In this document: positions 9,818 to 22,330 of the stretch, one piece after another
Layout: every line of letters begins with the position of its first letter
Numbering within the stretch: the stretch's first letter is position 1
NCBI GenBank assembly: GCA_010093705.1
Contig: MU006103.1
Location: forward strand, 1-64,000
Direction of reading: 5' to 3'
Length of the DNA stretch: 64,000 nucleotides
Source: Patellaria atrata CBS 101060
Taxonomy: Eukaryota
The notes under the pieces: model-generated
What the model saw: only the letters and a program-made list of their open reading frames with translations
Database searches by the model: none
What the model was told of the DNA's origin: nothing
Made by a program: the position numbers and the translations under genes

Positions 9818-12800
9818 CTATCTGGAACTCTTACTTCTCGTCTTCCTCCCCTGCTTCTCGCAGGCCGACATATCCAACCCGGCGTCCTCGAGGCCCTTCT
9901 TAAACCTCTCTCCAAGATCCGCATCATCCAGATCATCATCATCTCCAATAGATGATGACTTCTTCTCCGAACCCGTCGTATCCTCTGAGCTCTTACCATC
10001 CGTGGCCTTCCCACCGTTCATCTCCTCCAACATCATCTCCTCTACGAGCTTCAAGCCCTTATTCTCCACTTTCTCCCCTTCCTCCCCGGCAACCCGTTCA
10101 TCCAACACCAACTTGCTCTGCCCGAGCGCGAGGATCTTCTCCTCAATGGTGCCCCTCGTAATTAGCCTGACGACCTCAACGTCCCTGGTCTGACCGACCC
10201 TGTGCGCGCGATTCTCCGCCTGAATGTCGTCCTGAGGGTTAAAGCTCGAATCGAAGATGATGACCTTGTTCGCGCACGCAAGATTGATTCCAGCGCCGCC
10301 AGACTTCGTGGATAACATGAAGACGGGGATACTTTCATCTTCGTAAAAGGCATCGAACATATCCTGCCGTTCCGCCATCGCCGTCTGGCCATCCATGCGG
10401 AAAAACGGCATATCGATCGTCTCGAACACCTTCTCCAAAATATCCATGACCGTCGTGAACTGGCTGAATATGAGCGCCCTGTCGCCGTTCTTCTTGAACG
10501 TTTTCAGAAGCTCGACGAGCTTGGTTACCTTGCCGCTGTCCATCCACTCTTCGTTCTGGAGCTGATGGACCTCGAGGGAAGGGTAGCCGAGACACTGTTG
10601 GTGGATCGCGAAGTCGGAACTCCAAGTCATATCGTCGACCACCTCTTGAACTGTACGGTTTTCGCTACTCACGGCATCGTGCTTGAGGTACAGATTCGCG
10701 AGTTTCTTGAGCATCTTATCCGTATAAATCCTCCTAAACAATAATGGAGAAATCGACGCTTTCCGCAAATCCATGAGTACATTTGCGTGATCTTTCGTCG
10801 GTTTACCCTCTGCGCGATCACGGAGCGCCTGTTGTCCGACCCGGAAAGTCTCATCGTAAATCTCCTTCTGAGAGGGCGTGAGTTCGCAGTATTCGATGCG
10901 ACAGGTTTTCTTGGGAAGGTCTTTGAGGACCTGGTCTTTCTTGCGGCGGAGGACGAAGGGGGTCATCATTGATCTGGCGCGCTTGATGCGCTCGGCAGAG
11001 AGAAGGGCGGCGTGATCGGCGTCCGTGGTTTTGGCTTTGTGACGGAAGATGTAGGAGAGCTCTTCTTTACATTCTTCAAAGACATTGGGCATGATGAAGG
11101 CCAGCAACGAGGCGAGCTCTTGAAGGTTGTTCTGGAGTGGTGTGCCCGTGAGCAGGAGTCGAAACTCGGCATCGATTCTCATGAGCTCACGATAACGTTT
11201 AGTTTCGTTATTGCGGAGATAGTGGCCCTCATCGTAGACACATACGGTTGGCTTGAGCTTCTTTCTGAAGAACTTGTTATCCTCAGGTTTCCAGGCGATA
11301 TCATAAGTAGTAACCACAACGTTGATTTCGCCACGCTTCTCCTCCATGTCCGTGCGTTGCTCTTCTCGTTCTGCTTGTTTGCCGTAGTATGCAACCACAT
11401 TAAGGCTAGGAGAGAAGGTACTGAATTCTCGCATCCAGTTCTCTAAGGTCGAGCCGGGTACAATGACTAGATGAGGTCCAGAATGTCCGGTTTCCGCTAG
11501 GTGGGTGAGGAACGCAATGACCTGACAAGTCTTTCCAAGACCCATGTCGTCCGCAAGAATGCAACTGAGCCTCTTTGACCAGAGTAGGTTAAGCCAGTTC
11601 AAGCCGACAATCTGATAATCCTTCAACTGGATATTTTCTGCCATAGCAACGGGCTTTTGGATGAAGTGAGCCACCTTCAATCCACTCATACCCTCAGTTT
11701 CTGATGACGAGACCGGAGTCCCAATACCTGAATCATGAACTTCGTTGAGGTTTATTAATCCTAGTTCACCGTCCTTGGAGGCACCAAAGATATCCACACC
11801 CCATTTCTTCATTTCAGCTGCAAGTGGTTTACCCAACTGTTCGCAGCGAGACACAAGCCCATCCACTGCTTGATATCCGAGCCACATTTCCATGCAGACA
11901 TCGACGATCCTATCACCAAGAGGGCGCTTTGGTACATTCCTCCTCTTCTTCTTCTTATCATCTGTCGCAGGTGGATCGAGACTAATCTCCCTAACCCTAT
12001 CCAGCGACTTGAAAGGACGTCTGGAAAGAAATGCCTGAGCAATTTCCTTCGGTTGATTGGAAAGATCACAGAAGTCTCGTTCTGAGCAGGTGTTGAAGAA
12101 TTTGAGGAGACCGAGTTCAGCATCAGTATCTAACTCCTCCGGCGAAGGTTCAGAGGCGCTAGACACTGCCTCATCATCATCTGACGGGACAATGATCTGC
12201 TTTGATCGGATTGGAAGCTTTTGAGAAGGTGGCTTTCGAGGAGATGGATCCGGATCAGGTAGCGCAGAGAAGCCACGACGACCTTTACCAACTAGTCTAC
12301 GGCGGGTTTTAGGTTTCTGCGAAGATGATTCGGGAGAGGCAGATCGAATTGGGCTTGATCCAACTTTTATTGGGGCTTGGTTGAAACCGCGGATACCTTT
12401 CCCCGTATTTGCCCATTTGTCATGGATGTTCTTTGTGGTCTGTACACGTTGCTTGACGGACGATTTTTGTGCAATAGATGGCCGCCTTGGTTCCTCATCC
12501 AACAAAGTCAAATCGATGAGCTCAGTACTGCTTTCGGCCTCCAGTTGGCGATTGTCGACTTCAGTGATGTAAAATATAGCATCATTAATATTACCATGAT
12601 TCCTTGAAAGAGCATCGCGGAGAAATGTAAGAGGTTTGTGTGGATAGATTAACTTCATCCTCTTTACTTTCTGTTGGATCTCCCAATCAGGTATTTGCTC
12701 GAGATTGATATCCTGTACAGGTTGAGCTCTAGCCGGACCAGTCTGGCGTAATTGTTTCGCAGGCCGCGAAACGTTTCCATAAGCATTTGCCATGTCATCT

Positions 12801-13426
12801 CCAGGTCTCTTGCGAGGGTTCGGTTTGTTGTCCTGTGCGCCGTACGTCCACGACGACTTCATCGTATTGAAGTGTTCCCGATAATTTGTTGATGTAGATT
12901 GTACTCCACTAGAAAATTTTGTAGGTTTGATATTGGCATCGGCTCGACTCAATTCGTCTTCGCTCGTAGAGTAGTGTACGGGTGGATCATCAGAGAAGTC
13001 AGCATCGTTCGGTGCAGGTGAGGAATGTCTGACGCCCGGAGGTGGGCGATAAATCGTTCCGGGCGGGGCCATTGCCAGGCCAACGCTAGGTCTTACACCG
13101 GGTGACCTAGTAAAGGATTTTGTAAACGGTGAGGACGCAGCGACTTGTACAACCGGGGTCGATCTTCTAACATTTGGTGAAGCCAGTATCTGAGTAGGCT
13201 GTGTGATGTGGGTGGGTGGCGAAGAGATTTGCGATCTGAATTGGTTATTTGAGAGTCTTGACCCTTGATCAATTATTTGTGTAGGAATTGTATTATGCTG
13301 GTAGTCGTTGAAGAGATCGTCGCCTGAGTCGTCCTCAGACCGATAAGTAGTATTGCTGCCCATGGCGGGCTTGAATGGGGAGGAGTCGATAATTGGATCC
13401 AGAGAATGATAAGCTTGCCCGGGCAT
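9818..13426 (-). CDS. FUN30: SNF2-family chromatin remodeler, Fun30/Fft3/SMARCAD1 type
   Basis: LKDYQIVGLNWL, ILADDMGLGKTCQ, DEGH, LLTGTPLQNNL, FNPQDDIQAENRAHRVGQ; CUE-like segment in N-terminal part. Confidence 0.93.
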   Translation of the reverse strand: MPGQAYHSLDPIIDSSPFKPAMGSNTTYRSEDDSGDDLFNDYQHNTIPTQIIDQGSRLSNNQFRSQISSPPTHITQPTQILASPNVRRSTPVVQVAASSPFTKSFTRSPGVRPSVGLAMAPPGTIYRPPPGVRHSSPAPNDADFSDDPPVHYSTSEDELSRADANIKPTKFSSGVQSTSTNYREHFNTMKSSWTYGAQDNKPNPRKRPGDDMANAYGNVSRPAKQLRQTGPARAQPVQDINLEQIPDWEIQQKVKRMKLIYPHKPLTFLRDALSRNHGNINDAIFYITEVDNRQLEAESSTELIDLTLLDEEPRRPSIAQKSSVKQRVQTTKNIHDKWANTGKGIRGFNQAPIKVGSSPIRSASPESSSQKPKTRRRLVGKGRRGFSALPDPDPSPRKPPSQKLPIRSKQIIVPSDDDEAVSSASEPSPEELDTDAELGLLKFFNTCSERDFCDLSNQPKEIAQAFLSRRPFKSLDRVREISLDPPATDDKKKKRRNVPKRPLGDRIVDVCMEMWLGYQAVDGLVSRCEQLGKPLAAEMKKWGVDIFGASKDGELGLINLNEVHDSGIGTPVSSSETEGMSGLKVAHFIQKPVAMAENIQLKDYQIVGLNWLNLLWSKRLSCILADDMGLGKTCQVIAFLTHLAETGHSGPHLVIVPGSTLENWMREFSTFSPSLNVVAYYGKQAEREEQRTDMEEKRGEINVVVTTYDIAWKPEDNKFFRKKLKPTVCVYDEGHYLRNNETKRYRELMRIDAEFRLLLTGTPLQNNLQELASLLAFIMPNVFEECKEELSYIFRHKAKTTDADHAALLSAERIKRARSMMTPFVLRRKKDQVLKDLPKKTCRIEYCELTPSQKEIYDETFRVGQQALRDRAEGKPTKDHANVLMDLRKASISPLLFRRIYTDKMLKKLANLYLKHDAVSSENRTVQEVVDDMTWSSDFAIHQQCLGYPSLEVHQLQNEEWMDSGKVTKLVELLKTFKKNGDRALIFSQFTTVMDILEKVFETIDMPFFRMDGQTAMAERQDMFDAFYEDESIPVFMLSTKSGGAGINLACANKVIIFDSSFNPQDDIQAENRAHRVGQTRDVEVVRLITRGTIEEKILALGQSKLVLDERVAGEEGEKVENKGLKLVEEMMLEEMNGGKATDGKSSEDTTGSEKKSSSIGDDDDLDDADLGERFKKGLEDAGLDMSACEKQGRKTRSKSSR

Positions 13427-13866
13427 ATCTTGCTAGAGGCAGAGAGTATAAGAAACTTTGACAACATAGAGAGTCATTCAAGGGCGCGATACCTTATCGT
13501 TATTGGGGAGTCAACTGGGGATTTTTGAAAATCTACAGTAGGGAATCCAATGCTGGGAGAGTACACTTGAATCCGCGCGAAAGAGATGACGAGGTCTGTC
13601 TTCACATGTCTAAGGATCCTGAGAAGCACAGTTAAGGTTATAGGGTTTAGTGGTGGTGTAAAAATTTGTGTAGACTTCCTTTGGTGACAAACGAGGTTGG
13701 CTTGTGGAAGGTTTGAAAGTTTCTCGACGCGAAGTGGCGCGTTCTCGATTACACCAAAGCACGAGGTCTTTAAATCAATTAAACTTCTACTTTCAGCTAC
13801 TCTCTTTGTCTGGTTCCAATTTTACAAAACACAAATTTACTCAACAACAAAGACAGAGGTTTCAGC

Positions 13867-14320
13867 ATGGCAAGGCCTGTCTTCACGGATGCAAAAATCA
13901 GTTCTTCTGTCAAAGAAGATCATGCAGCTCCTCCATCCAGGTCGTCCGAGAAGTCCAACATTACACCAGCCGTCCCCGCGTAAGGGGCCCACATTTACAA
14001 TAACTGTCTCATGTATCAAAATATTGACCAGCTTTATAGGCCCGTCATCTTCAAATTGCTCGCATTCACTTTTGCCATGATTACGTTGCCAATTGGTTCA
14101 TTCTTCTTTACTCGGGACTATGTCTTTAGAGGTCTGTGCTCAGTTAAACAAAGGAAAATATGGATGCAAAGGCTAACATTTGGAACTAGGAAACACTACG
14201 TTTGCGGGAGGCTTTGCTGCCATTATGGCAAATATGGTATTGATTGGGTATGTGATTGTGGCCATGAAGGAAGATCAATCCGATAGGATGGCCGAAGAGA
14301 AGCAAAGGAAGTCCAAGTAA
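13867..14320 (+). CDS. VMA21: V-ATPase assembly integral membrane protein Vma21 (2 introns)
   Basis: Spliced: ...SNITPAVP|VIFKLLAFTFAMITLPIGSFF..|GNTTFAGGFAAIMANMVLIGYVIVAMKEDQ...RKSK*. Confidence 0.9.
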
Positions 14321-14837
14321 GCGCTGTAAAAAGCCTTTCATGAATGTGTTCAATATCGCATCCGTGGTGGCGTCTGGCGTTAGGATATCAGGGTGTCTCA
14401 AATTATCATGTACGACTATGGATCGAGGATATTCTGTTCCTAAGATTCTACTCTACTGTGTAGTCAAGTCGTGCAAGCGAGCCTGTTTAACAAACTCGAA
14501 AAATTATGGGTTAATGTTAACCAGTAGCTACCGCAACTTTCATCTTCTGAAAGATAATGTCATCTTTCAAGCCAAATGACTGTGCCCATACATCACAACT
14601 TCGCTCGTACTAAGCCTCGTGCCATGATTCCATCTTCAACAGAACCTCGGAATGCAAAAGTATCACTAGAAGAGTTTCTTCTCTTGACATAGGACGCCAC
14701 AACACTTCAAACCGTAAGTCCATATCCGATCCCTTCACGAGCCCGACTCTATCGTATCATTCATTATGTGGTCCCAGTTGACCTTCCACCCGCATGCTTT
14801 AAAGAACGGACGCTCTAGCCGAGCAGGCCACAACTCC

Positions 14838-16479
14838 TTAGTCCTTGCTAAACCTCCGCTTGAACCAGCTTTTCCTCTTCTCGCTGGAAGCTGTCTGAAG
14901 TGGAGGTCTCTGCGATCCTTGGTTACCAGAGGAGTTTCCCAGCGGTTGAGGGCTTCCACCTCCTAACCTAATGGGAGCCTTCGGAGGTACTCTGGGAGGG
15001 CCCATGGTAGCTGCAGGGGCAAATGGAGGACTACTGTATTGCTGCTGCTGGAAAGGTCCGCTGCCACCACCAAAGCCTGGGTGCATACTCTGAGTTGGAT
15101 AAGCTCCTCCATCCTGGTTTCCGTACTCCTCCATAATAGGTTGATTGAATTGAATACCTCCAAAATTAGGCGCTCCACCAAAGCCGGTGAATCCATACTG
15201 CTCTCCTAGACCTGGCTTAGGAGCAGGGTTAACGCGATCGATAGAACTATTCTCGCTACTAGGATCGGTCGAATTTCCCCACGGTTCACTGTGGCTTCCT
15301 CCAGATTCACCGGTATTGACAGTGTCCCTGGATTGTTGATATCCATTACTTTCGTACGGCTGTTGCAATTGTTGCGGCTGTTGCGGCGGCTGCGGATAGC
15401 GCGAGGCCATTAGCTCCGGCTGAAGCCTCTGAGTGAACCGATTTCGAGACGGACCGGCAAGTGGTGGACCGAAGGGATCCCCATGACTATCCCGTGGACC
15501 GGGTGTGCGACTACCGGCGCCGTAATATCCTAATTGTGATGCTCGAGAGCCATGGTCGTTACCTAAATGGTGGGGTTGATGATCAGCATCGGGCTACCTG
15601 AATTGGACGGGAATGCCAAGACAAGGACACCACAACTGAGAATGGAACGCGCGTCATGGACACGAGCGGAAGAGATATGGAAATTTTCGATTCAGACACC
15701 AACAGCGGTATGTATGCTGTTGGCCATCTGTTCTTGAATACCTATAGTGCGCACCAGTGTAACAAGACCATATCGAGTAGCTCCAAGGAAGGTGAAGAAA
15801 TGTTTCAAAAATGAAAGTGTGCGACTGTACGACTTACCTGCATAGTAGCTGCTCCGACGGCTAGTAAATCCAGTAGGGACGTCTGGGGATGACTCTGTGC
15901 ATAATGTTAGCCCCAACTGTTGGGTCGTAGAAACGCTATCATGCATAGTGGTGTCTCGGTGTCCTACCTGATCTCATCATCATCGACTTTCTCTTGTATT
16001 CCCCGTCAATAGCTCTCTCAAAGGATCTGATGGTATCTAGTGGACGTTCCCATCGTGGGCGAGTGGGATTTGACAGGTCAGGCTCGGCTGATCAGATTTT
16101 ATCAGCGTTCATCCTGAGTGAAGAGTAATATGCGACTTACTGATCAAATTGCCATGGGCATCGGTATGCTGACACTCTCTGAGAGATCCTAGGGTCGACG
16201 CCTCAAGGGCAGCCGCCACTAAACGCAATTAGTAAACTCTACATCAGATTTCAACAAAAAGAGGATCACAATTGTTAGTTCACATAGAGACGACGTACCT
16301 GGTTGTGCTTCGTTCATAGCAGCATTGGGATTTGCCTTTGTGGTGTTGCTGAAATGGGTCCGTCTCTTCTCCTTTGGAGACTCTGTGAGATGTTCTTTAG
16401 GCGACTTTGAGGAATTGCTTTTCTCGCTCTTGAAACTAAAACCAGACTTCGAACGAGGTCGGTGCTCGGGTCGTTCCAT
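14838..16479 (-). CDS. DUF2406-family fungal protein (multi-exon)
   Basis: Exons encode RPRSKSGFSFKS, KANPNAAMNEAQP, HTDAHGNLI, EPDLSNPTRPRWERPLDTIRSFERAID; C-terminus EKRKSWFKRRFSKD. Confidence 0.8.
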
Positions 16480-18368
16480 GACGGGCGTCACCCAAGTTTT
16501 GATCGCGACTGTTTTCGGGGAGCTTGCTGAGATAACGAATGCGCTCTGAGCTTCGTAAGAAAGGAGTTTATGCGACGCGGGTGCTGGTTCCGAGAGATTC
16601 CAAAAGATTACAGAAAGCGAGAGGCGCAAGTATGAGGAAATTGGTTGGGAGGAATGGGATGTTGCAAGGTGCGCCCGGGTGGTGTTTAGAGCGAAAGATG
16701 GTATCGGGTTAACCTCGCAGCTTGCGATGGTGATGAAATGCAATATGATAAGAAAAAATACGCTACAGCGAAGAAACAGAACGTTTGCCTGAGAGAATTT
16801 TCTAAAAGAGAAGACGGGCAAACGACAGTGATTTAGGAAGCAGGAACGATGGTGTATGGTGGCCCTAAGAAAGATGTTGAAACAAAACCTTCCATTATCT
16901 AACCAAGCATGTGCTGGATTTCTCCAGTAATCAATCGAACAGAGCTATGACAGAAACGTGAGGAGCTCCCCTTGCCGTGGGACCGTGCCAACCGCTTTTA
17001 ACAACGCAGTCAACGCTATCCCACCTAAAAGCGTCCAAGAGCTGTCTATACCCATGCATTTATCCCAGTTTTCTGTCCTTTATCGATCTGCTTAGAGTGT
17101 ATTCGATACGTGCATAAGGCCACAACGGCACAATCAGCTTTAGCCGTAGATCCCGACGTGTAGAAATTCCCCAAATTGGCCCTGTCTTCTGCAACCCCCC
17201 CATTATCAACGTTAAGATAGGGCGGTGATGCCTCCGCAGTCAATCCTGGGCGGGAGTTCAGTCTCCTCAAGATACTTCCTACGAGGTAATGACTTGTAAT
17301 TCTATACCGTTTGAGAAAAAAAGAATAAATCTTTCCGAAGTTCCCGACCACACAATACACTTGCTACAGACATGGAGTTTCACTTGGCCGAATAATAACC
17401 TGCTTTAATCCATGATCTGCGGAAACCGGCGGAGCGTAGAAAGTAGAAACCTATGCAACCACCATCACACCTTCCGATCATCAAACAACCCCGCTGCCAG
17501 ACGTGGTCGTCGTGGTTGATCGCCGGATAACTAGTTTTGGGTTCCCCTTTTGGTTACTGAGTGAGCTCACGAACTCAGCTCACTCGTTAGTATACAAAGC
17601 TTTATCACATCATTTTTAGAAGGTATATTATTTATAGAAATGTCATATATTGATCTATTTCCATATACGCTTTGAAGATACCTATTACACTATGCTACAT
17701 GTACAGATAATATAGGGAAATTAGACAGTGCTGCCGTGGACAACACAACCATACTTATTGCGAATAAAAATACCTATAATATCAACGAGTACTCAAGGGT
17801 TACACCACAGAAGGCCGTTGTTGATATATAAAATGGTTCACAGATGACATGGCGTAACTCACTACTTTTCTTCGAGTCTTATGGGCAATATCGCAGATAG
17901 CGACTTCAGTTCTGGCAGGTTTGGGGTTAGAAGTAGGCTGGGATGGTACAGGTCATGCATGCTGAATTGGGGGGGGTGAGTACCGTGGACGTTTTATTAG
18001 TAGTAGAGGCTTATTGGATTCGGAAACCGTTGTAATAAAATGTCTAGTCTCAATTATCAGCAATGATCAACTGTGGATGATGGGTTCAAATGGTATTGAA
18101 ATGTTGTGTTCATGAAAAAATTAGAGTTTGTTGCATGTTTTGGACATCATTGAACGTCTCAGGGTTAAAAAATTATAATCATATAAGAGGAGGGAAAAGA
18201 AAAGGGATTCGATTGGCTTACCTTGGTAGTCACAGTGATGAAGAAATGCGGAGGCACAACTTCACAAATCAACCAACCAGAATAAATGAGCATATCATAA
18301 TCTCTATTCGCCGTTTTATATCACGCCAATATGTGACAACACTACCATAATCATCGCAAGTCGTTAGT

Positions 18369-19484
18369 TTAGTCGAATAGACCGAAACCCATATCCTCAT
18401 CTTCAGATTCTTCCTCTTCCTCCTTCTCCGGTTCGGCTTCTTTAGTGGGAGCCGCAGAGTCGCCGCCAGAGGTGCCAGCAGTTGGGCCAGAAGAGGCGTA
18501 CTTGTCGGGATTCTTGATGCGATCCTTGAGCTCCTCGATGCCTTCCCATTCATAGTCCGTTTCAACCGCAACTGCCAAGACCTTCTTGTAGGAATTGACA
18601 ACGGAATGGATAACGGACGGTAAAGTTGGGTAGTTGAGGGCTAATGAGACTGTTGCAATAGTTGCAATGGCGCTTGTAAAGGCCTTAAGGAGTTGGGACT
18701 CCTCAATATCCAAAACGGAAGCATCGAAAGTTTGACCATCATCGTAGATCTGAGAGATACCCATACCGTAGGTGAAGGGGGAACTACATATGTTAACGAA
18801 AGAGATTTGATAAAGTTAATATCACCGTACTTACATGTTCAACATGTTCAACAAGGTAGCTTCGGAAGCACCAACTTTGGATCCAGCTTCGACGAGTTTC
18901 AAGTCCGTGGTAATTTCGATAGTACCACGAGCAATCTTGGTGGGGACACCGAGAGCTTGGAAGAAGGATGTCTTTCCGGGTTCCATACCAGTGTTACCAG
19001 CGGGAACGTAGACATCTCCTGGAGCAACAGCACCAGCCCTGGCGGGAGCAGCGACACGGTTACTCAAGATTTTCTCACGAGTCTCCTTCAAGTCACCGTT
19101 GGTAAAGACGAAACCGACCTGTGTTGATGTATTAACAAATTTTTTTTATCGAACAGATTATTGAAGCGCATACATTGCCCTTGACGTGGGGAAGAAGACG
19201 TTCGTATTCAGGGAAATCGGGAATGAAGCCCTTGAGAGCACGGCGGACCTATTCGCCTCATGAATTAGCTTAAGATAGCCTTTTGGATGGAAAGAGATTG
19301 TGTATCATACCATAGTGTTCTTTCCCATCAAAACCACACCTTCTCCACGAAGGGATTGACGGATTTCGTGCATCTGCTGAGAGCTGACATTGTCCACGGT
19401 GACGATGAAGATGGACTTGTACTCCTCAAGGAGTCCCTTGAGCTTGCCGAAATAGGCCTCTTTGTTTGCTGTCTTGCCCCCCAT
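18369..19484 (-). CDS. RPP0: 60S acidic ribosomal protein P0 (4 introns)
   Basis: [12 protein letters not shown]..., [30 protein letters not shown]-terminal [14 protein letters not shown]. Confidence 0.97.
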
Positions 19485-19793
19485 ATCTTCTGATGAGAAT
19501 ATAGGATGTTTAAGGTCAAGACTTAAGTTTTGATTAGTTTATGGTGTAATTGATGAGGTTGAAGCTTTCCGAGAAGTCGGATTTCAATTGTGGGAGACTG
19601 GCACAAGCGAGCACGCTAGCCGATTTTCTGCAGGGGTCAGTCAGGAACGTCACCTCCAGGTTTTCCCTTTGACTGGAAATGGGACCTGTATAATTCTTTC
19701 AACTTTCCCAGAATATTCATTGCGAAAGTCAAAAGTAATCTTTTCTATTACTTAAATCTCAACGTTGAGGAGCATGAATTTAATCGATTCAAA

Positions 19794-20709
19794 ATGTTTG
19801 TCCTTGTAAGCGTACGTCCTATGAGTAATACCATTCTATCACTGATATAGAAATAGACTGAGATATCAGACTTGATCCCGATATACCCAAACCAATTCAG
19901 ACTTCTACAAGATGCTCAATCTCTTAGAGATAACATTAATGAAAAATATGCCGATAAAGTTCTTCCCGGAGCAGGGTTCTGTATATGCCTTAAGGACATT
20001 ATCGAGCATTCTGAAGGTCGCATTAGTCACGGAACTGGTGTTGTATATGTAAACGGTACGTCAACATATGTAAAAACGCTTAGTATTGAATAGGAACTAA
20101 TTTTCCAAAGTCAAGTTTACTCTACTTATCTTTCGACCTTCTAGAGGTGAGATAATGCAAGGGCAGATTCGAGATAACAATCCAGAGGGAATACGGAGTA
20201 CTGCTTCCAAAACCACGACATGCTTATTAGATATAGTGCTAATTTATGAGCAGTACACGTTCATTTCTTTGATGATATTTGGGTACCAGGCCCATCCAAT
20301 CTTTTCGAAAACACTAAATTGTTCGTCCCTTACCCCTATTCTACCTCTGACCACTAATGTTGTATTGATCTTGGTTAGTAATACGGCTGAACAAGTCTGG
20401 GTATGGACAACAGATGATGGCACAGAGCTTTTTTTCGACAATCATGAGATAGTATTACTTCGAATTGAAGACGAACAATGGCATGATCAGACACCGCAGC
20501 AACCTAATGTATTAGGTGATATAGAAGAATCAGAGGAAGTGCCCCCATATATTCTTACTGTAAGTCTTCAGATACCGTAATTGAACATAAACTTACTAAT
20601 CAAGCAGGCATCGATGGCTCAAGCAGGCCTTGGTCCAACCGTATGGTGGGGTGGAGAGGAAGAAGTGGGAGGAGAAGAGCCATCAGAAGCTGGGATGAAC
20701 GCTACGTAG
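19794..20709 (+). CDS. RPC25: RNA polymerase III subunit Rpc25 (Rpc8), multi-exon
   Basis: INEKYADKVLPGAGFCICL, HGTGVVYVN, FRPSRGEI, EQVWVW, SMAQAGLGPTVWW. Confidence 0.9.
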
Positions 20710-21388
20710 GATTTTGCTATACATGCGCCGTCCGAACTGAAACCAGGGATTTGGCCTCTCTCATATTCAAAATGATATTCAGAATCTCATGAAGTTGCCT
20801 AAGAACCGTCCTTGGGTAGGGGCGAGACTTGCTAATAGGCGTTCAAGTCACTGCGATACATTAATAAGCATATCAAATCGTTCACTATACCGGGTTTTTA
20901 CTATGTCCATCCTATTATGTCATTCTCACTTACAAGAGTACTTGCGTTATGTCTGCTTTCATTTAAATCGAACTTCACTACGTTTTCCGCCTTCAGCATA
21001 TCACGCCTTCACTATTTCCATGCCCGCTATCGGGCAACAAACCCCTAAACTGAAAACGACCTGCAGGGTACGCGCCATAATCTGCTCGCTTTGGAAAGGT
21101 GCCTGCGTCCGTTTGTATTTTGATACACGTCGCATTTGGCGCAACTCTCGACCCCACCGCGTCCACTATTTCTTGAACATCCGCCAACCTCTCTCCAACT
21201 CTCTTCATCCAAACATCAACAACTCAAAACTCTTACGTAAATTCTAATACCACTATAAGTGATGTAAGCAACTAATCATTTTTACTATCCCTCATATTCA
21301 CTACACGCGCCATACCAAGCAGCTGGCATTTCATGCACCGCGTTCCTCACATCCATTGAGAGTCTAGTCTAATTCCGATTGTAGCATC

Positions 21389-21841
21389 ATGTCTCCTCAA
21401 GCTTCAAAGCAACAAAAGTCAAATCCCAAGCCAGCCGCGAACGCCACAAACGTCGAATTCAGCCTTGACGTCGTCGCAGCCCTCTACATGGTCGCCAAAG
21501 AAGGTTCAGGCCTCAAAGGTCTCTACGAAACACTCTCCGCCGTTGACGGTACTCGTACCGCATCCTCATTCGAGCACCAATTCCGCCCAATCATCAAACG
21601 GGCCAACGAACTAGCCAAGGAGAAAGCCGAGGGAAAAGTCTTCGAGGGAGTGAAACCACCCAATAAACGTCGGTTTTCCCGTCGACTTTTTGTCGCCTGG
21701 CTAACAGGGTTGACAGGCAAGAGGGCCGAGGATGCCATGGCCGACGACGTCGAGGAATCCCCACGCCCAGACAAGAAGCGTAAGAGGGTTACTAAGGTTG
21801 CCGTCCCCAAACAAGAGTTCGATGAAGATGAGCCTATCTAA
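21389..21841 (+). CDS. Small basic putative nuclear protein (Myb-like helix motif), probable intron ~21669-21716
   Basis: LSAVDGTRTASSFEHQFRPIIKRANEL followed by K/R-rich NLS-like tail (KKRKR) and acidic end. Confidence 0.65.
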   Translation: MSPQASKQQKSNPKPAANATNVEFSLDVVAALYMVAKEGSGLKGLYETLSAVDGTRTASSFEHQFRPIIKRANELAKEKAEGKVFEGVKPPNKRRFSRRLFVAWLTGLTGKRAEDAMADDVEESPRPDKKRKRVTKVAVPKQEFDEDEPI

Positions 21842-22330
21842 TACAGTGGATTTTCTCGTGACTTGAACATATGGCATCGGATATGGCGCACAAGGGTTCT
21901 TATTCATGTACCTCATTGGCGATCCATGAGATCCCCCTTCTTTTGCTTTCTTATGAAATGAAATCTGTCACAGGCATATCCTTCCCCTATTGAAAACTGA
22001 ATGTCCCCTCATTTGCAATATCACGAATATTGCATATCTCTGAAGCAATCGTTCAGGTAATCTCTATATGTACCTTTATTCGAATACATCTAATTCAGGT
22101 AATTTACGTTTTCCCCTACACATAACCCCAGTCTCTCATGTACGAATTTCATAAAATGTACAAAGAAGTATGAGCCGTATAATCGCTTACACGGTAAGTA
22201 TGTTAGAAGAATATGAAAGGATCTCAATCATCAATTGAACGGTAAGTCTGATTACCGTCAAAGATAATCTTTTCATTGATATATACAACACACATCCCCA
22301 CCATTCATATCGACTCAGCACCAAAACCCC

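Noticed and set aside
20789..21247. 152-aa ORF between RPC25 and the small nuclear protein
   Set aside because: Spans a 3' UTR/promoter region and has a non-protein-like composition.
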